Assembly (NCBI GenBank): GCA_028534125.1
Contig: CM052852.1
Coordinates: forward strand, 5,022,001 to 5,086,000
Length of the DNA stretch: 64,000 bases
DNA from: Lama glama
Lineage: Eukaryota
Direction of reading: 5' to 3'
The translations under genes and the position numbers were made by a program. Under the pieces are notes generated by a model. That model ran no database searches. It was not told the origin of the DNA and saw only the letters and a list, made by a program, of their open reading frames with translations. Position 1 is the stretch's first letter; each line of letters starts with the position of its first letter. This document shows positions 51,560 through 64,000 of this stretch, one piece after another.

Positions 51560-52035
51560 TATATTCCACCACCACCACCGTGGGGGAGACTGGCTCGTTC
51601 GCCAAATCATCCCCTTTCCTTCCTGGATGACATTTCTCACACTCTCTTGCACTTAGGAGGGCCACATAAACGAGGTCTGGCGAACAAATGTGGAGAAATG
51701 TGATGTGAGCTATTTGTAGGCCTGATAGAATTAATAATAATAATAATAAAAATAAATAAATGCACTCCTGGTCTTTCCTGCTTGCTCCCTTCCCTCAACT
51801 TCTAGCCCAGGAAGGAGAAACCATGGAAGACTATGAGGCCTCTGATGATGGGAGAGCCACTGGCTAGATGGAACTTGAGCACCTCAAGACTGTCTGGAAC
51901 AGAGCACTCCCACCCTCTTCACCCTGCACAGTCTACACTAGACTGGACAGTGAGGGAGAAATCAACCTGTGAGAGGTTAAGCCACTGACATTTAGGAGAA
52001 ATCTGTTACAGCAGTTAGCCTTCCCTAACTGATAC
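51560..52035 (+). mobile_element. Old MLT1-type MaLR LTR
   Basis: TCTCTTGCACTTAGGAGGGCCACA...TTAAGCCACTGACATTTAGGAGAAATCTGTTACAGCAG...CCTAACTGATACA. Confidence 0.65.
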
Positions 52036-52192
52036 AACTTTCTTCAGGAAATTGAAGGGAGAGCCAAACACTGCGTTTCACAAGCAAATGAGGAGTTCTG
52101 GGGTCTATGTCCCCAGGCTGCCTTTTTCTTATGGAAAGATTGATTTTGTGAAATAATTCACAAAAAGAGAGAGTGATAGACTTAATTATGCA

Positions 52193-52640
52193 AAAGAGAT
52201 GTAGTATATTTATACAATGGAATACTATTCGGCCATAAAAATGACAACATAATGCCATTTGCAGCAACATGGATGTTCCTGGAGATTGTCATTCTAAGTG
52301 AAGTAAGCCAGAAAGAGAAATTGAAAAATAAACCATATGAGATCACTCATATGTGGAATCTAAAAAAAAAAAACATAAATACAAAACAGAAACAGACTCA
52401 TAGACATAGAATATAAACTTGTGGTTGCCAAGGGGGTGGGGGTGGGAAGGGACAGACTGGGATTTCAAAATGTAGAATAGATAAACAAGATTATACTGTA
52501 TAGCACAGGGAAATAGATGCAAGATCTTATGGTAGCTCACAGTGAAAAAAAATATGACAGTGAATATATGTATGTTCATGTATCAACTGAAAAATTGTGC
52601 TCTACATTGGAATTTGACACAACATTGTAAAAAAAAAAAT
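52193..52640 (+). mobile_element. Young lineage L1 3' end
   Basis: ATACAATGGAATACTATTCGGCCATAAAA...ACAGAAACAGACTCATAGACATAGAA...TATAGCACAGGGAAATA...TGACACAACATTGTAAA. Confidence 0.85.
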
Positions 52641-53555
52641 TCCAGATACCCCAAAAGGGAAAAAAAAATGCAAGGGATAATGATATCAGTGGCAAACAAT
52701 GTGGATAAAGGGTTAATGTCTTCACTATAGGAAGAGTTCCTAAGAATCAATTTTAAAAATGCTAGCAGACAAAAATAGCCAATGACATAAATGACAGTCA
52801 ATGGGGGACATTCAGCTGATTAACAGAAAAATGGAAAAATACTGGTGAGAAAGAAAGGCAAATTAAAATAATAAATACAATTTTGTTTTTTAAATAAGCC
52901 AAAATGCAGACCCAGTGATTTGCAATAGCAATGAGATTAAAGTCACATGGACAGTACAGTGAAATATGGCACTATGGCTTATGCAGCAGAAGCTAATACA
53001 TCCCATATGGAACCCGAAATGACCACACCTCCATATTCTTGGAAAGGTTCATAATTTTGGGCCCACTTTCCTAAACTGGATTTATAACTGGCTTTCTAAC
53101 ATTGTGTGAATCTGTTCATAATTTAAAATACAAAAACAGTACATAAAAGAGGTTCCTGAAATCATAAGTTATTACATCAATTAAAAAAATGGAAACAACT
53201 CAGTTGTCCCAGCATTGGGCTGTAAACTGTGACTATGCATCTGGAATACTACATGGCCCTTAATAATAATGGAAAAGAACTGAAGAATGGAAGTTAAACG
53301 AATTACATAAAGGCGCACAGACAGAATGATTGTAACTATCTTTCAAAACTCTTGCAAAGGAAAGGAAATGAAATGTAGTCGAAGACTGATGTATTTTGGT
53401 GGAAAGGATAAGTCTAGCTTTATCCCCTTTTTTCCTCTTTCCAGCATTTTCCAAATAATATTTGACAAGCATGTACTATGATGATAGTAAGGCAAAAATT
53501 CATAAAAATTAACTGAAAACGTAAATGCAATACCAGTTTAAAAAAAATACTTCAC

Positions 53556-53636
53556 CTGTCATTCCTGGGTCTTTGGATCCACTTTTTAAAGTTGAATGCC
53601 AAGTTCCCCAGATATTGAAAGCCTCCTCTGCCATAT
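53556..53636 (-). CDS. ARHGAP6: Rho GTPase-activating protein 6, penultimate coding exon
   Basis: Minus-strand acceptor TTTGTCCTAG|, 81 bp phase 1-1, (D)[26 protein letters not shown], donor G|GTGAAG. Too short for the ORF track. Confidence 0.93.
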
Positions 53637-53917
53637 CTAGGACAAAGTGTATAAAAAAGGTATGTAATTATTGACACAACATTGAAAACCGACTCTACTT
53701 CAATAAAAAAGAATGCAAATTTTTAAAAAAGGCATCTAACTCACAATGAAAATTGAAGAGCAAAAAATGAATAAACAAATTTTTTCCTAACATCTCTTGT
53801 GCTCAAAGTCCTGTATTTGAGACTGTGATGGATACAAGACAGAATACGAAGCAGACCTGTCTTTTTAAGAGGCTCATTCCATTTGGGATTTACAAAAAGG
53901 CTCTTTCTATAGTATGC

Positions 53918-54349
53918 TGTGGTAGACAGAATAAGGATCCCCCCAAATATCTGTGTCATGATCCCCAGAACCTCTAAAGATGTTATATTCAAAAGGCACT
54001 TGGCAGGTGCGATTACGTTATGGATTCTGAGATGGGGAGATGAACCTGGGTTATCTGTGTGAGCCCCATGGAATCACAAGAGTCCTTATAAGAAGGAGGC
54101 AAGACAGAGGATGCTGCATTGCTGGCTTTAAAGATGGAGGAAGGGGCCATGCACCAAAGAATGCAGGCGGCGTCTAGAAGTGGGAAAAGGCAAGAAAACA
54201 TTGTTCCCTAGAGTCTCCAGAAGGAGCACAGGCCTGTGGGCCCATTTTAGACTTATGACGCCCAGAGCTGAAAGATAATAGATTTGTGTGTTGTTTTAAA
54301 GTACCAAGTTTGTGGTCATTTATTACGGTGGCGATAGGAAACAAGTACT
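53918..54349 (+). mobile_element. MLT1D-like MaLR LTR
   Basis: TGTGGTAGACAGAATAAGG...GCTGGCTTTAAAGATGGAGGAAGGGGCCAT...CCCTAGAGTCTCCAGAAGGA. Confidence 0.8.
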
Positions 54350-55599
54350 ATTGTGATGGGTGACAACAGCTCCAACCGCATTAACACAGAGATAGAAGAA
54401 CAATAGTTATAGTTTTAAAATCTAGTACTACCCTCAGGAACACACCCTACTAGCCTCAATAGAGTCCTCCCGGTATTATTCATACATGTATTTTCCCATA
54501 CATCCCTTTAGTCTGTCTGTAAATATCTCCAGTATGAGGCGCTATACTAGGCATTTTCACTGTCTCATCTAATCCTCACTACGATTCCATGATGTGATGA
54601 TAATGACTATTTCTAGAAGCAAATGTCTGCTGGGTTCAGCAGTTCATATGCATTCTCTCAGTTCATCCTGAAGAGATGCCCCTGAGTCTGTTTGACAGAT
54701 GAGGCAAATCCTTCAATCTTTTAAAAATAAATTTTTTGCCTTTAATATTTTAAAAATAAATCTTATGCCTGATGGGAACATGGGTTACTGGTTTCATTGT
54801 AAGTTACAAACATTTTTAACACAAATATTTGTGAAATAACAATAAAGATGCTAGGATTAAAAACACCAGAAAAAATAGGAGCCCTTCCAGAGTGGCTCTT
54901 CAGACTAAACTATAAATTTGAGATAAAATAGCAAGATTTTGTACTGTGTCTTTCAGTTCTTACTTAAACAGTGTCCTTCTGAGTCCTGACCCTGAGGAAG
55001 TACTCTGTGGAGGGGAGAACAGAACCACTCAGTGGTCAAATAAATTTGGGAAAAGCTGCAAAGCATAGCCTCCCTCCCATTGTGGAAATTCATGTGCCCA
55101 ATAGCACTTTAAAGGGTTTGAGAAATTGTACAGTAGAGAAACCGTTAGCTTGCTTACTTCAGCATTTCCCAAATGTATTTGACCATGAAAACGTTATGTT
55201 GCCTAAAACTGGTCATCTCCCGTGGAGATCTCTTTGGAACATGCTGTCTGTAAGTTCAGCTTGTTCTCTTTATAAAAGTAACACAAATAATTGGGTGACA
55301 TCTTAGACTAACAAATATGCACCCCAAACCCCAGGCCAGGACACGTAAAGTCCCTTGGATGCTGGCGGGCAAGTCAGGTGGGAAGGTCGGTGGCTTTCCG
55401 AGCATGAGACTGCTTCCCAGACAGGCGGGTCTGCAGGGACTCAGACCCGGCGTGGGTGTTCGGCAGGTCCTCAGTAAATGCCACCGAATCAGAGAAGCAG
55501 GAAACAAGGGAGAGAGGGAGAGAAGGCCCAAAGCGCCCACACCAGGCCACATGCAGTCAGAGTCCCTGGGTGGGCCAGCGCCAGCCCGGCTCCAGGTAC

Positions 55600-55868
55600 C
55601 TTTCCCAAGTCTTGATCCAGGAGAACTCTCCCTTGACTTTGAAGATGGCAGGTGGCCCACCAGCACATACTGCTCCGGCCCTTTGTAAAGCTTCTCCGAG
55701 CCCCCCGGGGCCGCATCCTCTTGCATAGCCAGCAGGGAGCGTTCAGACAGCACTGGGGAGTTGTTGTCATAAGGGGAGAGGTCTCCGCTGGAGGCCTTGT
55801 TGGAGTCTGTGGACGAGTGCCTTCCTCCCATGGAAAAGGAAACTTCCGACCTCAGCATGTCAGGGCTT
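55600..55868 (-). CDS. ARHGAP6: Rho GTPase-activating protein 6, third-last coding exon
   Basis: Minus-strand acceptor TTGTGCTAG|, 269 bp, [56 protein letters not shown]...SPGSRLGK, donor G|GTACCT. Confidence 0.93.
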
Positions 55869-56047
55869 CTAGCACAAGGAGAGAATTACAGGAGCGTGAG
55901 TGTGTTAACAGGGAGTGAGCAGACTGAAACAACCTGATGGTTTCACAAATGACAGGAGGAGAGTGAATGGACACGGGCTGAAACAGAAAGACCTTCTGAA
56001 CAATGGTCCAAGACGTCTGTCAAGAAGGTGAAAGCGTTTCCATAAAA

Positions 56048-56065
56048 TGGCCAGCAGATGGCAGT
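56048..56065 (+). promoter_or_regulatory. CTCF motif (forward)
   Basis: TGGCCAGCAGATGGCAGT. Confidence 0.6.
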
Positions 56066-57001
56066 AAAACCCAACAGATGTTACAGGAAACAGCAAGGCG
56101 AAGTGGGGCAGGGGAGATTGAAACAGTGGATCCCTGTGTTCGCCAAGGTGCACCGCTGAAATGCCTGTTGGATTAATCCCTGTCTCCGTTTTTAAAGTAA
56201 AGTCTGATGCTCGCTATCTGTTAAGTAAGGAAAACCTGTAGATAACTCTTTGACTTTCCTCAATATCCTGAAGTAAAAATAATTCAGATAAAACTATGAT
56301 TGAAACTTTACATGCAGTTCATTATGGCTTTATGGACACTTTTTCTCCCCCCACCCAAGTGCTTAGCGTAAGTAAATCCACCCTTCCTGTGATGACGACG
56401 TCGGCAACGATGCTGATGTTGATGAGGATGGTGAGGATGGTGAGGATGGTGGAAACAGTTGTTTCACGTATAAAATGATAAATATATGACCATCACTAGA
56501 GTCCAATGTATTTAAATACATCTAAAAGGATTCTACAAGGCACTAGTGCTTTTACAAATTGATATCAAGCACCCTAGTAAGCATATCCATTAAGTTTTAT
56601 AGGTGTATAAATTGTCATAGCAACAGAAATAACAGTGAAAATGTGAGCAGAACAGGACAAATGGGAACATCAGGAACATGACAAGAGTGTTCCAAGTCTT
56701 ACCTGGGAACATCTGTTTTTTCTACCTTCCTCAAAAAGGTGGCCCTGACAACATCTTAAAGGGAAATGATCACAGATTGATTAAAAGTTCCAAAACCTGC
56801 TTCTGTTCCCCCTCCCCACCCCGCCCCTTCACTTCTCTTTACTGGTCTTTGCTTTCTTTTGGTTTACTTTTTCAAAACAAATCCTTTGTGATCTTAAAGA
56901 AAGTAAACACATGCTTGAGCAATTCTTTCCTAACCAAAGGGTTCTGTGCGTGCAACACAGGGGAAGTGCACTCACAGGGGGTCTAGCTTCACCTGGGGTT
57001 T

Positions 57002-57016
57002 CCAGCAGGGGGCAGC
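57002..57016 (+). promoter_or_regulatory. CTCF motif (forward)
   Basis: CCAGCAGGGGGCAGC. Confidence 0.6.
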
Positions 57017-57897
57017 GTCCCAGGCAAGCATTTCAGCATCAGTGACCTGCTTCGCCTGCCACCGAGGCAGCCAGGGGCCCAAATATGTTTTGCTGAGGGA
57101 ATTTCTCACCCACATGGAATAAATAAATCCTTTCCTTCCCTCCTTTTTAAACCGATGACTGATAGTCTTATGGGAAAAAGTCAGAGGACAACCAAGAGGA
57201 TGGTTTTCCAGAAACTTCAGGCCTCCGGTGAATGCAGGGAAAATACAAGGAACGTACTACTACTTCTGGAAAGTGGGAAAAAGTGATTTAACCCCCATAT
57301 CTAATTAAAAGGGGACACCCTCCCTAAATCAAGTGAAGGGAACACAAAACAAAACACATGGACATTTGTCGGTCGTCATGGAGTTTGACTCTGGTTGAGG
57401 AAACTTTACTATGAAAATAGGAAAATACAAATGAGTTGAACTTGCAGCCACACAGAGCTCAGCTCAGAATCAGGGCTCTCTATCCTGCCCAGGGCTAGAC
57501 ATCAGATTGCTGGGCTAATTTCAGTTGTTTCCCATTTAGCTGACACTTTTCCATTCATTAATGAAAAGTGTCTTCTGTCTACTGGGCAAGAGGAAGTCAT
57601 CGTGATATATCACTAGCAGTGGGTACACAAAGCCTTATTTTATGGGATGTTTTAAGGAGAGTCAAGTCAACTTATTTGCCAAAACAAAATAACTATCAGG
57701 GCTTCGAATGCTTTTTCGGCCCCCTTACAACAGGAGGAAAGTTTTGGAAAGGTCATACCGTAGGGCATGGAGACCACAATAGTTCTGTCTCATATCTTGC
57801 TTATCTGTCACACAAAACACATCAAATATATCCAACAAAACATTACAAGTTCCAGATTCAGCCAACAGTTATGTGCATAAAGAAAGATACCTCATGG

Positions 57898-57998
57898 TGG
57901 GAGGTATAGCAGCTCAGTGGTAGAGCACGTGCTGAGCATGCACACAAGGTCTGGGTTCAATCCCCAGTACCTCCACTAAAAAAAAAATAGATAAACCT
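57898..57998 (+). mobile_element. tRNA-derived SINE (camelid-type), tail-truncated, with 18-bp TSD
   Basis: GCTCAGTGGTAGAGCACGTGCTGAGCATGCAC...GGGTTCAATCCCCAGTACCTCCA; TSD AAGAAAGAT(A/G)CCTCATGG at 57880-57897 and 57999-58016. Confidence 0.88.
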
Positions 57999-58494
57999 AA
58001 GAAAGATGCCTCATGGAAGAAATTTCTCGAACATCTCAGTACTAGGGACATTTGTGTTTCTCTCAAGCAAAGCAGGTTATTTTTACCTACTTGGAGGTAA
58101 AAATTATTTCTCTACATGGAACCTTGTGTCAGGGAATAAAGAAAGTACCTGTCTTTGCAGTGACTGCTACAAGGCTCCGAGGAGCTGGGGCTCTAGTCGA
58201 GCTGGAGTATTAGAGCTGGTGGTACGCCTTAGTGTGTTCACAGCACAACTTCATTTTACCTCATCACTCCACTTTCCCTGGTCTTTCAAATTAGTTACTA
58301 GGATATTGCTCCACTTTACATATTTCTGCAAGCTGCTTCAATAAAGTGTTTTTGGACAGGGAAATCACGCCCACATTGTTGGGAGTACTGAAAAGGCAGC
58401 ATGCTTCATGAGAGCATTTAGTTTGGTTAAAACAAAACAAAACAAAACAGAGAACAAGAATAGCGATAATAAAAATAACTGAAACTAACTCTTT

Positions 58495-58778
58495 AAACTT
58501 ATGGTTACCAGTGGGGAAAGGGGGTGGGAAGGGATAAATTGGGAAGGGATATCGAGCTTTGCAGATATACACTACTACATATAAAACAGACAACAAGGTC
58601 CTGCTGTGTAGCACAGGGAACTATAGTCAATATCTTATAGTCACCTATAATGAAAAAGAATATGAAAACAAATAATATGTATGTATATGTATGACTGAAC
58701 TATTATGTTGTACACCAGAAATTGACACAACATTGTAAACTGACTATACTTCAATAAAAAAATGAAATAAAATAAAAA
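58495..58778 (+). mobile_element. Young lineage L1 3' end
   Basis: AAACTTATGGTTACCAGTGGGGAAAGGG...TGTACACCAGAAATTGACACAACATTGTAAACTGACTATACTTCAATAAAAAA. Confidence 0.85.
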
Positions 58779-61407
58779 TTTTAGCACCCACCCCCCCGCC
58801 AAAACTGAAGCTGCCACACTATTTTCCCTCCATTTTCTTGGTTGTGATTGGATCTGATCAAGCAGACATGAACAAGGAGGAGGTGGAGGGCCACCGTCCC
58901 CTTCCTCTGTTCTTTGGGTTGACTCTGTAAAACCTCACTCAGTGATTCTGACGCAGCGGCATTGGCATCACCTGGGAAATGGATCACTTGTTGGAAATGC
59001 AAATTCTCAAGCTCCATCCTGGACCCACTGACAGGACTGGTTATCATATGCGGGATCCGGGGCAAAATGAAACTGAAAAATGATTAGAATTTCAAGATGG
59101 TGACAGCAGATCATTAAGCCAAATGTGCGCTTCTTCTGAGTACCAGGTTCGGCCCATGAAGCTGGCTTGGCCGACTGAAAGGGAACCTTTGCGGTCAGGG
59201 CTTTAAAAGCCCCCCAGGTAATTTTGATGCTTGGGGAAGCCTGAGAACCTCCCATACCAAACCTACCTGCCCTCCATCTACCCATAGATGAGGCTAAGGA
59301 TCTACTAAGTCAAATCGGGAGAAAAACCCCAGATAGTCGCCAAAACCTCAGCCCTGGCTGGCAGTGGGGGTAAATGTGGCAGTCCTGACTTTGAGGTGGC
59401 AGGATCCAGATAACCGAATGTGCTTTGGTTATGGACCAGAATATGTTTAGGTGAGAGGGGGGCGGGAGAGACCAATCTGCCTTTCTCTGCTTTTATGTCA
59501 TTCTCCACACTCAGGCCCCCAAAGTCACCACAGCTGTGGCCCCACTCAGGGGAGAAACTGGAGGAGCTGGTGAAAGCTAATCCCTGGAGGTAGAGGTGAG
59601 TGAGGCAGACCCAGGCCGTGAGTCTCACAGTCAGGGGCACGGGCAGATGGGGCCACCCAACAAGAGGTGATGCCTTTCTTCCCAGCCAGCGTATCTTGGC
59701 CACGGAAGGGGGTACAGATTGAGTATACATGGCAAACAGCTTGTGACACACACTTACGTGACATAACCCCTTGGCCTGTGAGAGGCACAAAAATGGATAT
59801 TTATGCAGAGTTCATTGTGTGGCAGGCACTGTACTAAGCTAGCGCTAATAACCCTTCTTGTTTCTGATCACCGTCTAGGAAGAAACGATGAAGCAGATGA
59901 AATAAGGTGTCTCTCCAGCAGTACAGGCAGAAGGGGTCGAGACTCCTAAAGCGTATTTGGTAACTACTACTCAGTATTATTAAAACTCAATAGTAAAGTG
60001 CTTTCTCTTAGACTTTGAGTTGATGGCTCTTTTATATGTTAAAAGTATTTCCTATTTATCATTTTATTTTCTCAGCAGAGGTCAGTAAGGTGGTGGCCAA
60101 ATTTGCCTAAGAACCTATGCTTAAGAGAGTCTTTCCACGTGACACCCCACCAGTTAATAAACAAAATAAGACTACTTTATTCACTCCTCAGAACTCTCAT
60201 TACAACATAGGCAGTTCAGAGTTTAAAAAAATGTTAGTGTCATTCTATTGCTTTATCATTAAATCAACTGGAAACAAATCCAGGACCCCCTTCCTCCCTA
60301 GGGTATCTCTGAAAGAATGAGATGAGTAGCCACCAATGTCTTCTCTAAGATTTGCCTCTAAGATGATTCAACTCTACGAAGACAATTTTAAGTTCAGCAC
60401 TTCAAGTAAAGGCAATAAATAGTCATGTACTTATTTATATAAAATATTTAACCAGTGATTGACCGGACGAGAACTATAGTTCAGAAGCACACAGTGGCTT
60501 CTCTGTCTGTGTGTTGGAATTTCATGGATGGAGGATGGGAGCGCTGAGCAGATACCCTGCCAGTTGACACGGATTTGCCTCCATGGATGGAGAGCTTCCC
60601 CAGGAGACCTGAAAGTCCCAGGACCGTCCACAGCATGCATGGCCAGTCTCAGCTAACCAGGTACGCATGAGATGGACATGGAGAGCGAATGGCTTTCTCA
60701 CCCTTAGCCGGTCCCTCCAGGTCAGGGTGTAAACACGCTGGCAGGGTACTGTGGGCAGGCCTGCACCGCAGCCGGAGGCACAGAACTCTTTCTGCGGATA
60801 AACGGAAAACTCCGGTTCAATCACTGGATGTGGCCAGCCCAGCCCCTCACTGAGCTACTTCAGTGAGAAGCATCCTTGGAGAGTTTGAACTTGCATTGGT
60901 TTCACGCTGGACTTTGTCGTTAATTGATAAACCTTAGTCTGTTGGAACTCAAAGCACATAACCATCTCGGACACCGTTCACGGTAGGGGGAAAGGAATCT
61001 ACTGCCTAGCTCTGGATTTATGGACGATTTTCACATTCCTCATACTCAGTTCTGCAAAGCATCCTTTATGCAGAATCCTAGGGACAAAGGCACCCCGTTC
61101 CAAAGAGAAGCTGACACGAATCCAAACTCCCACCAGGAGATAAAGCCAGCACCCTGGACATTAGAAGTTGCCCAGGCCTTTGGGGAAATTTCTCCCCTCA
61201 TTTTTAGCTCTTATTAATTCCTTCCTAGTAGCCCCAGCATACAGAGGCATTATGACAGGTGAAGAGAAAACAGTGATGATTCTATTAATTTTGTTTACAG
61301 TACGCCTGGTCAAACATCTTCAAATTCATATCTTGCAAGTTTATAAAGAAGTTGATCACAGTAAAGGTGCTGGGGAAAAGAGGGGATGTGATGAATTCTC
61401 CCTCTAC

Positions 61408-61535
61408 CTTTTTGGGGGGGTGTGGAGAGGAGAGGTAATTAAGTTTGTTTATTTATTTTAATGGGGGCACTGGGGATTGAACCCAGGACCTCATGCATGC
61501 TAAGCATGCGCTATACCACTGAGCTACACCCTCTT
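61408..61535 (-). mobile_element. tRNA-derived SINE (camelid-type)
   Basis: GAGGTAATTAAGTTTGTTTATTTATTTT...CTGGGGATTGAACCCAGGACCTCATGCATGCTAAGCATGCGCTATACCACTGAGCTACACCC. Confidence 0.85.
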
Positions 61536-64000
61536 CTGCCCCCCATCTTGAATTGCCTTTCAACAGGAGGCACATTCACACTTTTCATAATTTTTCATTA
61601 TGGAATTCTCTTTTCTACATATGTTTTTCCTAAAATTATCTGGCTGAAAGGGCTTTCTTGAATGGAGAGTGTGTGTGTGTGTGCGCGCGTGTGTGTGTTT
61701 AATGCTTCATAATTTCCAAGGAATTGGAACAGAAAGACAGTTGAGGCCACCAGCTACTACCAGACTCACAGCACTCACTGCTATACTATGCTGGTTAAGT
61801 CTGATTTCTCATCTCTGAAAATTTCCTGAAACCTTTCTGATTTTATAGGTGCTGGTAAAAGGAAAACAGAACTTAGTTCATCCTGTAACAATCCGTGGTT
61901 TTGTGGAAGAAGACTTTTTAATGGCAATCTTTGAAAGATTAAAATAAATTATCTCCGTGAGATTTGTTGATTTAAACGTGATGCCTTTAAATTCTAAGGC
62001 CTGAGGCTCTTCCATAGTAAGGAAGGTAGAGTTATTATTCAACAGGAGAAACCTGTAGCTCAACAATGTTAACAGCTTCTTTTCAGTTCTGACACTTTAT
62101 CCTCTGGGACAACTATGAGGCTTCATCCATGGTCCTGCCTGGCTGGTCACCAGTTCTGCTATTTCAGGGAGCGATTTCAGCAAAAGTTTTGTGAAGGCTA
62201 CTAACAGAATGAAATCCAATGAAATTTAAAAAACATATACCTATGGGTTTGGCTCATCCATATCAGCCTTCTCTCCCAATGCAATTAAATTTGTTCTATT
62301 TTGATTTAGTTTCTGGAATATAGTAGGGAACATGCTCTATTTAGCCTGTGCACCGTACAGGTATACATGTTTCAATGGTTATTTTTCTCCCAGAATATTA
62401 GAGCAATTGGAAATATTCAAAAATTAAAAAGTAGGTACATTAGAACTTACAACATTCTATTAAGTTGAAAACCTTTATTTATGTCCAAACAGAATTTTAT
62501 TACTATTTTAGCTGAGCTTAACTTAATTAAAAATTATTCCAGATTTTCACTTGGTCTGGAGAAATTGTCAAATATAGACATTTTCTCAGTTAAAAATGAG
62601 ATAAGCAAAGAAGAGCATTTTCAAAACATTATCAATGAATTCACATCCACTTAAGCCAGGGGCACACATTTCACCCCTTGCTTTGGGCTCCAGTGTGGCT
62701 TGGTGTGGCACTAGTCTTTTAAATTCTTTGATATTTTGTTTATCATAGATTTTTGGTGTTGATCTTTTGAAACACCACATTTCAATCTTGTTCATTTTGA
62801 TGACTGTTTTAGAACACCCTTAAAATTTGCACCTCACTCTCCTCACCCTAGTCTCACCCCTGCTATGATACTTCTGTTCTGTTGCAAATGCGTCTTTCAT
62901 TTACCTTCCATTCTCATCCCCTATCTCCTTATATCCCTAAATGACGGGGGAAGAGGTCTATTCTAAGTATCTTTGAAGAAAAGGGCATATCATTCTAATA
63001 AATATACCAGACAAGCAATTAAAGAACTAGAAGTCTTGCATTGTTAGCAATATAAATCTCTTCTAATCTCCTGTTGGCATTCCATTTTGGTAGACACCAA
63101 AAATGTGAGTAGACAAGCACAAGAAAAAATAATGAATCCTCCTTTCACTCCTCCAGTTCTGTTGTTGCATAAGGAAGGGAAAAAAAACTCAACTCAGAAC
63201 AAAACACTAAATTCCCAAATATAACTAAATGTTCAACTTTCAAAACAGAAATTGTAAAAAATATGTTCTTGGTTTTACACGCTTTTGAAAACTTACTTTT
63301 CCACTCCAAATAAAACCTTGTGCAGTTTCCACATGGGGCAGGGGAATCTAAAGCTTTATTTAGGTATGTGAACTGATGGCAAAGAACAGAAGCTTCAGGA
63401 AATAAATCAAAGGGTCGGAAGGGAAGAACGAGGGAGGTCGTGCACATCACTGCACTTACGCTATTCATTTTAGAAGCCACTCTTGCACTCTGCTCTTCCA
63501 TGCGATCCTTACCTTTTATAGCCCTCGTAGCTGAGTTTTCACTAAATAAAGTCTTCAGAACAAGAATTCTGTCCATTCCCATCGCACCACAGCTTGTCCA
63601 AGCTCTGGACCTCATGACCTGCAAACATAATCGCCCTCCAGTCCCTTGTGAAATCTACCCGGCCTGGTGTGAGCAGGTTGTGTTCCCACTTCAGCGCCTT
63701 TCACCGGCATCCCTCTCTCTGTTCTACAACCATGCCACCACCCTGATGTCAGCGCTACAAGTTAACATGGATGGGTTCTTTCATGCCATATTGCCTTCAT
63801 AGGTGGCCATCTCGTGGACAGCAAGGTAGAATCTAGTGACACCTAAGTCTTTGGTAAGTAGTCATAAATGAACAGAATGGCGAAATTCCAAGTAATGTGA
63901 TAATAACCATTAACATTTACTAAGCATTTATTAAAAACCAGACAATATTCTAATAGCAAAACAACACTATAAAGTTTGTGCTACTTTGTATGCCTAGTTT

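Noticed and set aside
57898-57975. tRNA-like sequence with A and B boxes (also at 5755-5833, 29935-30010, 61465-61535)
   Set aside because: Head of a tRNA-derived SINE: followed by SINE body, flanked by TSDs, four diverged copies in the window.
55870-64000. Searched for further upstream ARHGAP6 exons (RhoGAP domain) and AMELX
   Set aside because: No matching coding sequence recognised; this stretch appears intronic and those exons should lie beyond the window.

Overview
Mammalian genomic DNA, not prokaryotic. It is syntenic with human Xp22.2; the tRNA-derived SINEs and young L1 3' ends suggest a camelid or related artiodactyl (inferred, not proven). The window holds the complete HCCS gene on + (CpG-island promoter ~27.2-27.6 kb, non-coding exon 1, six coding exons at 28136-37068, intact 272-aa ORF). 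It also holds the last three coding exons and 3' UTR of ARHGAP6 on -, convergent with HCCS. The rest is repeat-rich (L1, L2, MIR, MaLR/ERV LTRs, hAT and Tigger MITEs, SINEs) with three N gaps; repeat family names are from memory of consensus sequences. I cannot support a wholly new biological system. Best leads: (1) a divergent cluster of strong CTCF motifs around the ARHGAP6 3' end; (2) an orphan CpG-rich promoter-like element with YY1/ATG and a consensus splice donor at ~46 kb; (3) a phase-compatible but stop-interrupted candidate alternative last exon of ARHGAP6; (4) an old ~20-bp tandem array rich in RBPJ-type motifs upstream of HCCS, split by an L1; (5) three short local duplications, one with a templated-insertion signature.
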